The notes under the pieces were generated by a model. It saw only the letters and a list, made by a program, of their open reading frames with translations. It made no database searches and was not told the DNA's origin. From positions 1 through 62,280 of the forward strand of contig CAZDZM010000001.1 of NCBI GenBank assembly GCA_964509945.1: DNA of 62,280 nucleotides, in the 5' to 3' direction. The position numbers and the translations under genes were made by a program. Numbering within the stretch: position 1 is the first letter of the stretch; each line of letters begins with the position of its first letter. This document shows positions 8,377-17,401 of the stretch, one piece after another. This DNA is from an uncultured Candidatus Bathyarchaeia archaeon. GTDB lineage: Archaea; Thermoproteota; Bathyarchaeia; Bathyarchaeales; Bathycorpusculaceae.

Positions 8377-9771
8377 CTAGGTTCGTTGACTTTTCAAGGT
8401 CTCAATTATCTTCTTGACCTTTGAACTATACTCTGCCACGAGCTTTAATGCTTTTTCTTGGGTCTTTGCTTCTGCGTATAAGCGGTAGATTGGTTCGGTT
8501 CCACTTGGCCTTATTAGAATGGCGCTCTTATCTTTAAACCATATTTTTACTCCATCGATGGTGTTTATGTTCAGCCCTTTTAGTCGTTCAGCCAATTTTT
8601 CAAGTGCTTTTGCTTTTTGCTCCTCTGGGCATTCAATTTTGCTCTTTTCAATGAAATATCTTGGTAGTTCTCCAAGCAATTCTGAAAGCTTTTTTCCGCT
8701 CTTAGCCATAATATCCAGAATTAAGGCTGTTGCCATTACAGCATCTCGCACTGACTGGTGGGGGCCATAAAAAATTCCGCCGTTTTCTTCTCCCCCAAGC
8801 TTGGCTTCCAAGTTTTTCATCATGTGCGAAACGGTTACGCTTCCCACTTTAGTCCACACAATTTCTCCTCTATGTGCGTCTCCAATATCCTTTATAAGCG
8901 TAGAAGAACTCACTGGAGTAACTATTTTTTCATGCGGGTTCTCCATCAGAAAATATTTTTCAACTAAAGCAAAGGTTTTGTCTCCCCAGTAAATTTCTCC
9001 CTGTTCGTCAACGAAGATTGAGCGGTCAGCATCTCCATCATAGGCCACGCCTAAATCCGCTCCTAGCGCCTTTACGGTTGAAGCCAGGTCTGTCAGATTT
9101 TCCGGGCGAGGTTCAGGAGGTCTACCAGGGAAGCGTCCGTCAATGTTCGCGTTTAAAGTTATAACCTTACAGCCCAAATCACTGAGTAAGCGTGGTGCTG
9201 CTAGGCCGCCAACACTATTTGCCACATCAGCAACAACGTGGAAATGTCGCCCAACTATTTTAGAGATGTCTACGTGAGTTTTTACTGCCTCTATATATTC
9301 GTCAATTACTCCAAATAGGTCACGGGTTTTCCCTATTTTATTCCATTCTGCAAGGACTATTTTCTCTTCAAAAAATATGTTTTCAATTTCAATTTCCTGT
9401 TCACGGGAGAGCTCTATTCCATCATTCCAAACAACTTTTATCCCGTTATACTCTGGCGGATTATGGGATGCAGTTATTATCACCGCCCCATCTGCCTTGT
9501 GGTTTTTCGCTGCGTATTGCAATGCGGGTGTAGGCGCCATTCCCGCGTGAAGCACATTGCACCCTGTTGCTGTTAGACCTGCAATAACCGCTTTTGCAAG
9601 CATCGGACTGCTCGTTCGCGCATCATGGCCGACTATTAAATTTCTATTCTTAAAGAAGGTTCCAATGGCAGATCCAATCTTTATCGCCATTTCAGAGGTT
9701 AACTCTTTGTTGACGACTCCGCGGATTCCATTTGTTCCAAATAACCTTCTTGAGGTTAACATAATGCCCAA
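8377..9771 (-). CDS. glmM: phosphoglucosamine mutase / phosphomannomutase (alpha-D-phosphohexomutase)
   Basis: LFGTNGIRG, active-site ITASHNPPEYNGIK, DGDADR metal loop. The true start may be the internal Met at 9762. Confidence 0.9.
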   Translation of the reverse strand: MGIMLTSRRLFGTNGIRGVVNKELTSEMAIKIGSAIGTFFKNRNLIVGHDARTSSPMLAKAVIAGLTATGCNVLHAGMAPTPALQYAAKNHKADGAVIITASHNPPEYNGIKVVWNDGIELSREQEIEIENIFFEEKIVLAEWNKIGKTRDLFGVIDEYIEAVKTHVDISKIVGRHFHVVADVANSVGGLAAPRLLSDLGCKVITLNANIDGRFPGRPPEPRPENLTDLASTVKALGADLGVAYDGDADRSIFVDEQGEIYWGDKTFALVEKYFLMENPHEKIVTPVSSSTLIKDIGDAHRGEIVWTKVGSVTVSHMMKNLEAKLGGEENGGIFYGPHQSVRDAVMATALILDIMAKSGKKLSELLGELPRYFIEKSKIECPEEQKAKALEKLAERLKGLNINTIDGVKIWFKDKSAILIRPSGTEPIYRLYAEAKTQEKALKLVAEYSSKVKKIIETLKSQRT

Positions 9772-9779
9772 TTCACCTT

Positions 9780-10877
9780 TTAACAGATATTTCTCGGTGT
9801 TAATACGCTTTCAGAAACTTCTTTCGCTGGGCAAATTGAAACTCTCTTCGAGAGTCTGACGTTGTCTTTGACTCTGGCATAGTCGCCGATGATGCAGCCA
9901 TCGCCAATTCTTGCATACTTTCCAATGATTGCGCCTTCGCCGATTACGGCGCCGGTTATGAGTGATGAATCAGCTAGTGTAGCTGCTGTAAAAATAACAG
10001 AATTCTTTATCCGCACCCTTTTTCCAACGGAAACGCTTCGCCCCAAAACGACATAAGGTCCAATGACTGATTTTTCCCCCACACAAACTCCCTCGTCAAA
10101 GGCCACAGGGTTCTTCAAACTGATTTTTTCTCCAATTATGCTTTTCTGTGTGCCGTGTGATGAGTCCAACAAAATCTTGTTTATCTGTAAATATTCTTCT
10201 GGTTTGCCTATGTCCATCCATAGACCATCAAATATGTATCCATAGAGTGTGCCTTCTTTCGCGATTTTTGGGAAAACTTCACGTTCAATTGAAACAGCCC
10301 TTCCTTTGGGGATGTAACGGAAAATTTCTGGACTGAGAACATAAACTCCGGCGTTTATCATATTGGTCAGCGCAGCCTTTTTCGGTGGCTTTTCAATGAA
10401 GCTTTTTATGCGGTTATTCTCTGCCAGTTCGGCAACTCCGTATCTGCTTGGGTCTGCAACTTTGTGAAGAGCAATACTTACCAATGCTTTCTTTTCAGCG
10501 TGTTCTTTTAGAATTTCGGCATAACTCAAATCGGCAAATATATCCCCATTTAAGACCAAGAAAGGCTCCTCAGGGCCTATGAGTCTTTCAGCTTTTTTTA
10601 TTGGGCCGCCCGTTCCTAGAGGTTTTCCAAGAGGGTCTCGCGAATATTTTATTTTTAATCCATGCCTCGGGATATTTTGTTGTTTTATGCAAACCTCAGT
10701 GTGATAATTAACAGCCAATATAACTTCTGTAACATTGCTCTTGGTTAATCTTTCAAAAATCCACTGCAGCAGGGGCTTGTTAACTATTGGAAAAAGAGTC
10801 TTCGGTCTCGTACAGCTTATTGGTCTTAGCCTCGTGCCTAAGCCCCCAGCCAAAATCAAGGCTTTCAGAGTTTTCAC
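9780..10877 (-). CDS. sugar-1-phosphate nucleotidylyltransferase with C-terminal left-handed beta-helix (GlmU-like)
   Basis: KALILAGGLGTRLRPIS signature. The C-terminal hexapeptide repeats are rich in I/V-G. Confidence 0.85.
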   Translation of the reverse strand: MKTLKALILAGGLGTRLRPISCTRPKTLFPIVNKPLLQWIFERLTKSNVTEVILAVNYHTEVCIKQQNIPRHGLKIKYSRDPLGKPLGTGGPIKKAERLIGPEEPFLVLNGDIFADLSYAEILKEHAEKKALVSIALHKVADPSRYGVAELAENNRIKSFIEKPPKKAALTNMINAGVYVLSPEIFRYIPKGRAVSIEREVFPKIAKEGTLYGYIFDGLWMDIGKPEEYLQINKILLDSSHGTQKSIIGEKISLKNPVAFDEGVCVGEKSVIGPYVVLGRSVSVGKRVRIKNSVIFTAATLADSSLITGAVIGEGAIIGKYARIGDGCIIGDYARVKDNVRLSKRVSICPAKEVSESVLTPRNIC

Positions 10878-10921
10878 GGCTCCCTAACTGCAAGCCTATT
10901 ATTCAATTGACCTTTTCAATA

Positions 10922-10961
10922 TAAACGGTTTTATGAAAAGCTAAACGGTTTTATGAAAAGC
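10922..10961. promoter_or_regulatory. perfect 20-bp tandem direct repeat (TAAACGGTTTTATGAAAAGC x2) upstream of the sugar operon
   Basis: Units 10922-10941 and 10942-10961 are identical. A third degenerate copy, AACGGTTCTTTCAT, follows near 10977. The repeat lies 45-85 bp upstream of the start at 10877 on the minus strand. Confidence 0.45.
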
Positions 10962-11015
10962 GCGTGCAGTTCAGATGAACGGTTCTTTCATATTGATAAT
11001 TTAAAGTTACTTTTG

Positions 11016-12437
11016 CTAGGTGTACAGGTATTTTTGCAGTTCCCATAAAGTTACTTCGCTTTTGGTGTTTGGAATGTGTGGCTCGTATTCTTTCCATTCT
11101 TGAACTTTAAGCTCCATGTACTTCGCAGCGTTTTCCTTACCCAAAGCCCTTATGCAAATTTCGTCGTTTTGCCATTCTTCTATGGCTTCTTTCAGTGATG
11201 CTGGCAGTACTTGGATTCCAAGTTTTTTTCGCTCACCCTCAGTAAGATGGTAAACGTTCACGTCTACTGCGTCGCCCGGGTCGATGCTCTTTCTAATTCC
11301 ATCCAATCCAGCTTCGAGTACTGCTGTGTAAACAAGATATGGGTTGCATAGCGGATCTGGGCATCTAAATTCTATTCTGGCTTCTTTTTCCTTCTCTGGG
11401 AAATATTCTGGCAGTCTTATTAGGGCTGAACGGTTTCTTTTGCTCCAGGTAACGTATACTGGGGCTTCATAGCCTGGCACTAGCCTTTTGTAGCTGTTGA
11501 CTGTGGGTGCGACGATGGCGCAGAGGGCTCTTGCGTGGTCGAGGATTCCGCCGATGAAATTCCTGCATTTTTGGGAGATATGCGCGTATCCTTTTGGGTC
11601 GAAGAAGTGGTTTTTTCCTGTCTTTGCATTGAAGAGACCTAAGTGGATGTGCATACCGCTGCCTGCTTTGCCGAAAAATGGTTTAGGCATGAACGTTGCT
11701 ATCCAGCCATACTTCCTGTTTGCTACGGCTTTGGCTGCAAATTTGTAGCGCATTATATTGTCCGCCGTAGTTACTGGATCCGAGTATCTGAAGGTGATTT
11801 CATTCTGGGCTGAACCTACCTCATGATGTTGTCTTTCTACAATTATTCCCATCGTGAATAAAGCATTGGACAAGTCCATCCGGTAGGATTCTGTGGCATC
11901 GCGGTCTGGAGCTATGTCAAAATATCTATGCTTTTCTATGAGGTGATTCTCTACAGGGTAAACTTCGCCTTTTTCATTTTTTTGCACAAGATAGAATTCT
12001 AATTCTGCCGCGGCTGTTGGATCATACCCTTCTTCTAATGCCCTTTTAGTGGCTTTTTTGCAAATGTATCTTGAGTCGCCTTCAAATTCTCTGCTGTCTG
12101 GCTGAAGTATGTTGCAGATGAAACTTGCGACACTTTTGTCATAGAAATAATATGGGAAAACTGTGAATGTAGACGCGTCGGGTTTCATAAGCATGTCGCT
12201 CTCTTCTATGCCGACGCCACCGACTATTGAGGAGCAGTCGAAGCCTACCCCTTCTCTCAAAGCGTTTTTTGTTTCATCAGCCGGTATAGTTCTGCCTTTT
12301 AGGAATCCAAGCATATCTGTAAAATGAAGTAATACATAGTCAGCATTTTTAACAAGCTTTAGATACGTTTCAAGATTTTGATCATTGCTTTGTGTTTTAT
12401 AAATCATGCTATCTTCAGCCGTCAAATTTATACTCAA
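11016..12437 (-). CDS. glnA: glutamine synthetase, type I
   Basis: FDCSSI, KPFFGKAGSGMHIHLGL, NSYKRLVPGYEAP, full-length GS-I pattern. The start is uncertain (alternative Met at 12407). Confidence 0.9.
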   Translation of the reverse strand: MSINLTAEDSMIYKTQSNDQNLETYLKLVKNADYVLLHFTDMLGFLKGRTIPADETKNALREGVGFDCSSIVGGVGIEESDMLMKPDASTFTVFPYYFYDKSVASFICNILQPDSREFEGDSRYICKKATKRALEEGYDPTAAAELEFYLVQKNEKGEVYPVENHLIEKHRYFDIAPDRDATESYRMDLSNALFTMGIIVERQHHEVGSAQNEITFRYSDPVTTADNIMRYKFAAKAVANRKYGWIATFMPKPFFGKAGSGMHIHLGLFNAKTGKNHFFDPKGYAHISQKCRNFIGGILDHARALCAIVAPTVNSYKRLVPGYEAPVYVTWSKRNRSALIRLPEYFPEKEKEARIEFRCPDPLCNPYLVYTAVLEAGLDGIRKSIDPGDAVDVNVYHLTEGERKKLGIQVLPASLKEAIEEWQNDEICIRALGKENAAKYMELKVQEWKEYEPHIPNTKSEVTLWELQKYLYT

Positions 12438-12539
12438 ATTGAGTATTATTTTAATTATAAAAATCTTTTTGAAGAAAATAAGGACAATTGTTAAATAATA
12501 GATCTTCTAATTGGATAAATGCTAAGCGGTGGATGAAAC

Positions 12540-12986
12540 ATGATGCAGTTGGATGAGACAGACGTCAAAATACTGCAAGAGTTAATCGCCGACGCGCGGT
12601 TGTCATCGCGGCAAATAGCTAAACGATGTGAAATATCAATCGGAACTGCGCTTTCACGAATTAAGAAAATGGAAAGAGAAGGCATCATAAAAGGTTATTC
12701 AGCCATATTGGATCATGAAAAGCTTGGCTATGAATTAACCGTTGTCACCGAAATAACAGTTTCAAAAGGCAGACTGCTAGAAATGGAAAATGAAATTGCC
12801 CGGATTCCAAATGTGTGCAACGTTTATGACGTGACGGGCCTAACAGACGCTATAATAATTGCAAAATTTAAAAACCGCGAACAACTTGGCAAATTCACAA
12901 AACGTCTATTGGCATTACCGTATGTGGAAAGAACCAACTCCCACGTTGTGTTAACAACAATAAAAGAAGACCTCCGCCTAATCTGA
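12540..12986 (+). CDS. Lrp/AsnC family transcriptional regulator
   Basis: LDETDVKILQELIADARLSSRQIAKRCEISIGTALSRIKKME HTH region plus a RAM domain. It is divergent from glnA. Confidence 0.85.
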   Translation: MMQLDETDVKILQELIADARLSSRQIAKRCEISIGTALSRIKKMEREGIIKGYSAILDHEKLGYELTVVTEITVSKGRLLEMENEIARIPNVCNVYDVTGLTDAIIIAKFKNREQLGKFTKRLLALPYVERTNSHVVLTTIKEDLRLI

Positions 12987-13002
12987 ACACAGTTCCCTCT
13001 CC

Positions 13003-13010
13003 TTTTTTTT
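13003..13010 (+). terminator. oligo-T tract (T8), candidate archaeal terminator after the Lrp gene
   Basis: CCTTTTTTTTAAAAG lies 17 nt after the stop codon. Confidence 0.35.
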
Positions 13011-13045
13011 AAAAGCCCAAACTAAAGCAAGATTTAATTTCAACC

Positions 13046-13053
13046 TTAAATTA
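13046..13053 (+). promoter_or_regulatory. TATA-like box (TTAAATTA) for tRNA-Leu
   Basis: Centred about 30 nt upstream of tRNA position 1. Confidence 0.3.
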
Positions 13054-13079
13054 GAAAGTAAGATGGCCAGTTCCCAAAA

Positions 13080-13164
13080 GCGGGGGTTGCCAAGCATGGC
13101 CAAAGGCGTAGCCCTGAGGCGGCTATCCCATAGGGGTTCGTGGGTTCAAATCCCACCCCCCGCA
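13080..13164 (+). tRNA. tRNA-Leu (anticodon GAG), class II with long variable arm, no intron, CCA not encoded
   Basis: - Acceptor stem GCGGGGG/CCCCCGC with discriminator A.
- D arm GCC-AAGCATGGCCAAA-GGC.
- Anticodon stem TAGCC/GGCTA with loop CTGAGGC.
- Variable arm TCCCATAGGGGTTC.
- T arm GTGGG-TTCAAAT-CCCAC. Confidence 0.92.
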
Positions 13165-13385
13165 CTATGTCTGAACACCCCGCAATTGACGAAATTCTGA
13201 CACCGCGCGCGTTGATAGCGAACGAAAGAATAAACATAGGTAGCTTCGATTTCTTTCGCGGGGCAATTGGGAAAGAAAAGAGAGCAATCCATTTCTATAA
13301 AATCTCCTCTAACGCTTAGGGCCGAAACTAAATCGTACCTTAACACGGAACGTTGTGAGCGTTTTGCGTATGCATAGAAAGTGTT

Positions 13386-14048
13386 TCAGTGTATTTCGTA
13401 AAATTCTGTGCTGGTCCTGGACAAGAGTTCAAATCCATCTTTGGTGATCAAAACTTGTTCTTCGTTGAAGTAAGCACCATTTTTCGTCCAGAGGAAGGAC
13501 TCCGGTGAATATGTCATTCCTGGCCTAAACGGCATCTTGTTGTACAGCGCAATGTGTGGCGGTTCAGAAGTATCTAGACCTATCCCGTGGCCTATCTTAA
13601 GAGGAGACGCCCACCTCTGGCTCTTTTACGCCTGCCTTCTTTAACTCTTCAAAGCATAGTTTCGTTATTTCCGGCGGCGTTACTCCAGGTGCGTTGGCTT
13701 CGAGTGCGGCGTGTGTAGCACGCACAGTAATATCGTGGTCTACAATCTGCTGGCTAGTGGCTTTTCCAACAACCCACGTTCTGCCATAGTCAGCATGGTA
13801 TTGGCCATATATTGCCCCAATGTCAACTTTCACTATTTCTCCTCGTTTCAGAGGGCATCATTACGTGGTTCACTTGAGAAGGCCGAAGACTAAGGTTCTG
13901 ATCACTGACGAGAGTCCCTTAGCGATGCCCTTTACCACTCCGTATCCTTTGAGAATAAGCTCAGTCTCCCGCAGCGGCACCACTAATATTTTGACTTACT
14001 GTAAAGAGCTCTTAATTGCTGTTTCGACGCAATATTCAATTCTTCCAT
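13386..14048 (-). pseudogene. M24-family metallopeptidase (Xaa-Pro aminopeptidase/creatinase fold), decayed and N-terminally truncated
   Basis: - Fragments lie in different frames: PLKRGEIVKVDIGAIYGQYHADYGRTW, and KIGHGIGLDTSEPPHIALYN...LITKDGFELLS...EIH*.
- A frameshift sits near 13600-13615.
- Three in-frame stops (K*TT**) sit near 13850-13870.
- Only about 220 codons remain. Confidence 0.8.
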
Positions 14049-14059
14049 AGCGCGCGCTA
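14048..14059. repeat. perfect 12-bp palindrome TAGCGCGCGCTA (contains the 10-mer GCGCGCGCTA)
   Basis: Read directly. It abuts the 5' end of the M24 remnant and lies 130 bp upstream of the aminotransferase start. Confidence 0.9.
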
Positions 14060-14073
14060 CACAACCTCAGTTT

Positions 14074-14101
14074 TGCACAATGTGGGTGCACAATGGGTGC
14101 A
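14074..14101. promoter_or_regulatory. tandem direct repeat TGCACAATGTGGG / TGCACAATGGGTGCA upstream of the aminotransferase gene
   Basis: Two adjacent copies of TGCACAATG(T)GG lie 90-115 bp upstream of 14189. Confidence 0.35.
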
Positions 14102-14188
14102 GATTTAATATAACTTTATTCTGAATAAGCCTTTTGTCTGTTGAAAAGATTTAAATTTGAAAGGAAAACCTATAGACGGGGATAAAAC

Positions 14189-15529
14189 TTGGTGGCAAAA
14201 AAGATCCCGAAAATAGTTGTTACACCACCTGGACCGAAATCTGTGGAGCTGATGAAGCTACAGGAGAAGTACGTTCCTAAAGCAGTGTTCCACGTTACGC
14301 CGATATTTGTTGCTGAAAGTGAAGGAGCACGAATCAAGGATGTGGATGGAAATGAATACATAGACTTTGCTACTGGTATCTCTTGCCTTAATGCAGGACA
14401 TAGAAACCCTGAGATCATGAAGGCTATACGTGAACAGATGGAGAAGTATCTCCATCTATGCGTTCATGTGACATCCTATGAGCCCTACGTCAAGTTGGCT
14501 GAGAAGTTAGCGACGTTGGCTCCTGGAAGCTTTGACAAGAAGATTGTGCTCATTAACAGTGGAGCCGAAGCTGTTGAGAACGCTGTTAAAGTTGCTAGGA
14601 GATATACTGGAAAACCCACCATAGTGGCCTTTGAATATGCCTTTCATGGGAGAACGCGGCTCGCTATGAGCCTAACGGCTAGTGTACACCCGTACAAGTA
14701 TGGTTTCGGACCATTAGACCCAGCCGTCCATAGAACACCGTACGCCTACTGCTACCGTTGCTCCTTCGGACTTGAATATCCCACATGCAACATGAGATGC
14801 GTAGAGTACATAAGGGACACTTTTGCCGTTAACCTCTCACCCGGCGATGTTGCAGCGATGATAGTTGAGCCAATCCCAGGTGAGGGAGGCTTCATAGTTC
14901 CTCCGAAGGAGTTCCTACTCGGACTGAGGAAGATCTGCGACGAAAGTGGTATACTGCTAATAGCTGATGAAATCCAAAGCGGAATGGGCAGAACTGGCAA
15001 AATGTTTGCGATTGAGCACTTCAACGTAGTTCCAGAAATTATTACTATGGCTAAGTCGCTCGGCGGAGGGCTCCCAATAGCCGCAACCATAGGCAAAGGA
15101 GAAATAATGGATTCTGTTCAAGTAGGAGGATTAGGGGGAACTTTTGGGGGAAACCCGCTAGGCTGCGTTGCGGCTTTAAGGGCTGTGGATTTAGCCCAGC
15201 AACTGCTCAGAACCGCTGAAAAGCTTGGCAAAAGCCTAATGAGTAGGATTAGAGAAATGCAAGAAAAATATGAAATAATTGGAGACGTCAGAGGAATAGG
15301 GCTTATGGCGGCAGTAGAACTCGTAAGAGACAGAAAAACCAAGGAACCCGCCAAAGAAGAGAGGAAACAAATCCTTAACGAATGTCATAAGGACGGACTG
15401 ATAATAATGGGCGCAGGAGCACATGGGAATGTGATAAGATTTCTACCACCACTAAACATAAGCGGGGAGTGGCTCAACAAAGGCCTAGACATATTTGAAA
15501 ACGCAATAAAGATCGTTACGGCCAAATAA
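14189..15529 (+). CDS. class III PLP-dependent aminotransferase (4-aminobutyrate / acetylornithine aminotransferase-like)
   Basis: NSGAEAVENAVK, LIADEIQSGMGRTGKMFA, TMAKSLGGGLP (Schiff-base Lys context). Confidence 0.85.
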   Translation: MVAKKIPKIVVTPPGPKSVELMKLQEKYVPKAVFHVTPIFVAESEGARIKDVDGNEYIDFATGISCLNAGHRNPEIMKAIREQMEKYLHLCVHVTSYEPYVKLAEKLATLAPGSFDKKIVLINSGAEAVENAVKVARRYTGKPTIVAFEYAFHGRTRLAMSLTASVHPYKYGFGPLDPAVHRTPYAYCYRCSFGLEYPTCNMRCVEYIRDTFAVNLSPGDVAAMIVEPIPGEGGFIVPPKEFLLGLRKICDESGILLIADEIQSGMGRTGKMFAIEHFNVVPEIITMAKSLGGGLPIAATIGKGEIMDSVQVGGLGGTFGGNPLGCVAALRAVDLAQQLLRTAEKLGKSLMSRIREMQEKYEIIGDVRGIGLMAAVELVRDRKTKEPAKEERKQILNECHKDGLIIMGAGAHGNVIRFLPPLNISGEWLNKGLDIFENAIKIVTAK

Positions 15530-15596
15530 CATGCAAGCCATAAAATCTATCAATCTACAAAGAATGGCTAGTTCAAGGGATATGGACAATGAGGGA

Positions 15597-15606
15597 GCGC
15601 GCGCTA
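15597..15606. repeat. 10-mer GCGCGCGCTA (copy at left edge of the oxidoreductase remnant)
   Basis: Read directly. Confidence 0.9.
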
Positions 15607-15751
15607 ATGACAGCCATAGGTGAGACACCCGACTTCTTCCTTCTTCCAAAAGGAGTGGATATTACTGACGCAAACACTGTTGCTGTAGACCCGATCACCT
15701 TGGAAACAAGTCGGCTTGGCGTTTTCGCTGGTGGAGACGCGGCGCGCGCTA
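15598..15751 (+). pseudogene. C-terminal remnant of a GltD/HdrA-type FAD/NAD(P) oxidoreductase
   Basis: LMTAIGETPDFFLLPKGVDITDANTVAVDPITLETSRLGVFAGGDAA parallels VILAIGEVPGVEFLPKEIELNEDGTIWVNPITMETSLQGVFAGGDAV of the ORF at 27533-28969. About 50 codons remain, bracketed by two copies of GCGCGCGCTA. Confidence 0.7.
15742..15751. repeat. 10-mer GCGCGCGCTA (copy at right edge of the remnant, 25 bp upstream of the cysteine synthase start)
   Basis: Read directly. Confidence 0.9.
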
Positions 15752-15775
15752 GATGGCAATATAGGAGGTGTATGA

Positions 15776-16753
15776 TTGATACAAGTTGGAAATACGCCAT
15801 TGTTGGAAGTAGATGGAATATACGCGAAGCTGGAATGTACAAATCCCTTAGGCAGCGTTAAAGACCGCATGGCAAAATACATCATTGAAAGAAGCGAGGA
15901 ACTTGGATTGTTAAAGTCAGGGATGACGATAGTAGAGGCTTCCAGCGGAAACACAGGCATTGCATTCAGTTATTTCGGAAGAGAAAAAGGATATCCTGTT
16001 ATTATTGTAATGCCAAGGAACATGACGGAAGAGAGGAAAAGGATCATAAGGGAACTTGGCGCGAAACTAATCCTTTGTTCAGAAGGAGACTTCGCGGAGG
16101 CTGTAAAGATTCGAGATGAAATGACTGAAGACCCGCTATATTTCAATCCAGATCAGTTTTCTAATCCATTGAATGTGGAATGCCATTACAAAACTACAGC
16201 TGAGGAAATGTTGTGCCAGATTAGATCCTACTCGGGTAATATAGCGGCTTTTGTAAGCGGGGTAGGCACAGGGGGTACGTTGATCGGATGTGGAAGAAGG
16301 TTTAAGGAGGTTTTTCCAAACATCAGAATCGTTGCAGTAGAACCCTCGGAATCACCAGTGATGAGCGGTGGAAAACCTGGTCTGCATGGAATTCAAGGCA
16401 TTGGCGACGGCTTTATTCCTGCTATAGCTTCTAATGGAAAAGGTGGATTGAACGAGCTTATAGATGAAGTGGTATGTTGCTCCACAGCAGAGGCAAAAGA
16501 GGCAGCAAGATACCTTGCCGAAGAAAAAGATATTTGTGTAGGTATGTCATCAGGAGCCAATTTTAGAGTCGCTAAAAAGATGGCTGAGACTTACGGAACC
16601 ACTGTCACGGTGTTTCCAGACGGATTTTCGAAATATAAATCTCAAGGTCTTTCAAGGAAAGGTAAGGGTCCATGCCCGTTTCAGGATTGTAATTGTGTTG
16701 TTAAATCAGAATGTCTTCAAAAAGAGATTAGCACAAAATGCAAGTGTAATTAG
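15776..16753 (+). CDS. cysteine synthase / O-acetylserine sulfhydrylase family PLP enzyme with Cys-rich C-terminal tail
   Basis: GNTPLLEV...LECTNPLGSVKDRMA (PLP Lys), SSGNTGIA, GVGTGGTL. TTG start with a very short N-terminus. Extra tail GKGPCPFQDCNCVVKSECLQKEISTKCKCN. Confidence 0.8.
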   Translation: MIQVGNTPLLEVDGIYAKLECTNPLGSVKDRMAKYIIERSEELGLLKSGMTIVEASSGNTGIAFSYFGREKGYPVIIVMPRNMTEERKRIIRELGAKLILCSEGDFAEAVKIRDEMTEDPLYFNPDQFSNPLNVECHYKTTAEEMLCQIRSYSGNIAAFVSGVGTGGTLIGCGRRFKEVFPNIRIVAVEPSESPVMSGGKPGLHGIQGIGDGFIPAIASNGKGGLNELIDEVVCCSTAEAKEAARYLAEEKDICVGMSSGANFRVAKKMAETYGTTVTVFPDGFSKYKSQGLSRKGKGPCPFQDCNCVVKSECLQKEISTKCKCN

Positions 16754-17119
16754 AATTTCGATATCAAAGGCCTTGGGTGGGCTATTAGTTTATTGCTCTC
16801 AGAGTTGATCAGGAAAGATTCTTCCTGCCAGGAAAACACGATAAGGAAGACGCCTCTGCAACCTTGTAGTCTAGCAATAATATAGATTTTCCATTCTAGG
16901 TGTAACTTAGAGAGCCTAGCCACGCGCTGCAGTGGTTCAAACCCTTAGAGACGAACCCATAGTGTCTTTTACAATATGGCCTGTGTCAATTCTGGAGACG
17001 GGGGTACGTATCCCAATCCAAGCTTCCCGATAATATGACTCTATGATAAACTTATAGTAGGCAAGCGTGCGCGCTCAATATTTAAATAATTGAAATATCT
17101 ATTGAGTTTATAGATAGAA

Positions 17120-17401
17120 ATGGCGACTGGAACCGGACTCATTGGCAAATGTGGTCTCTTTTGCGGCGTCTGCAAACTTCACATTATAAGTAAATGTAAA
17201 GGTTGCTCTGACTTTTATGTCAAAAGTGAAACCAAATGCTTATACTATGAATGTGTTGAAAAAAAAGGTATAAATTCATGTGGCAATTGTCAGGAATTCC
17301 CATGCCTTGATCATTATGGCTCAAGAGCAATATATACAAAGCAAAAGTTGCTTGACTGGAAAAAACGGGAGATTAAAGGGCAAAAAGCTGTAGGTGCATA
17401 A
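17120..17401 (+). CDS. DUF3795-like Cys-rich protein
   Basis: CGLFCGVCKL...CKGC...C.YYEC...KGINSCGNCQEFPC matches the DUF3795 pattern from memory. Confidence 0.6.
   Translation: MATGTGLIGKCGLFCGVCKLHIISKCKGCSDFYVKSETKCLYYECVEKKGINSCGNCQEFPCLDHYGSRAIYTKQKLLDWKKREIKGQKAVGA

Noticed and set aside
172-16921. Recurrent 8-mer GCCTAGCC (172-179, 777-784, 16914-16921) as a possible MITE end
   Set aside because: Only the 8-mer is shared and the flanks do not align. About two chance occurrences are expected in a window of this size.
16925-16945. T-loop-like GGTTCAAACCC as another tRNA fragment
   Set aside because: No flanking T-stem or acceptor complementarity.
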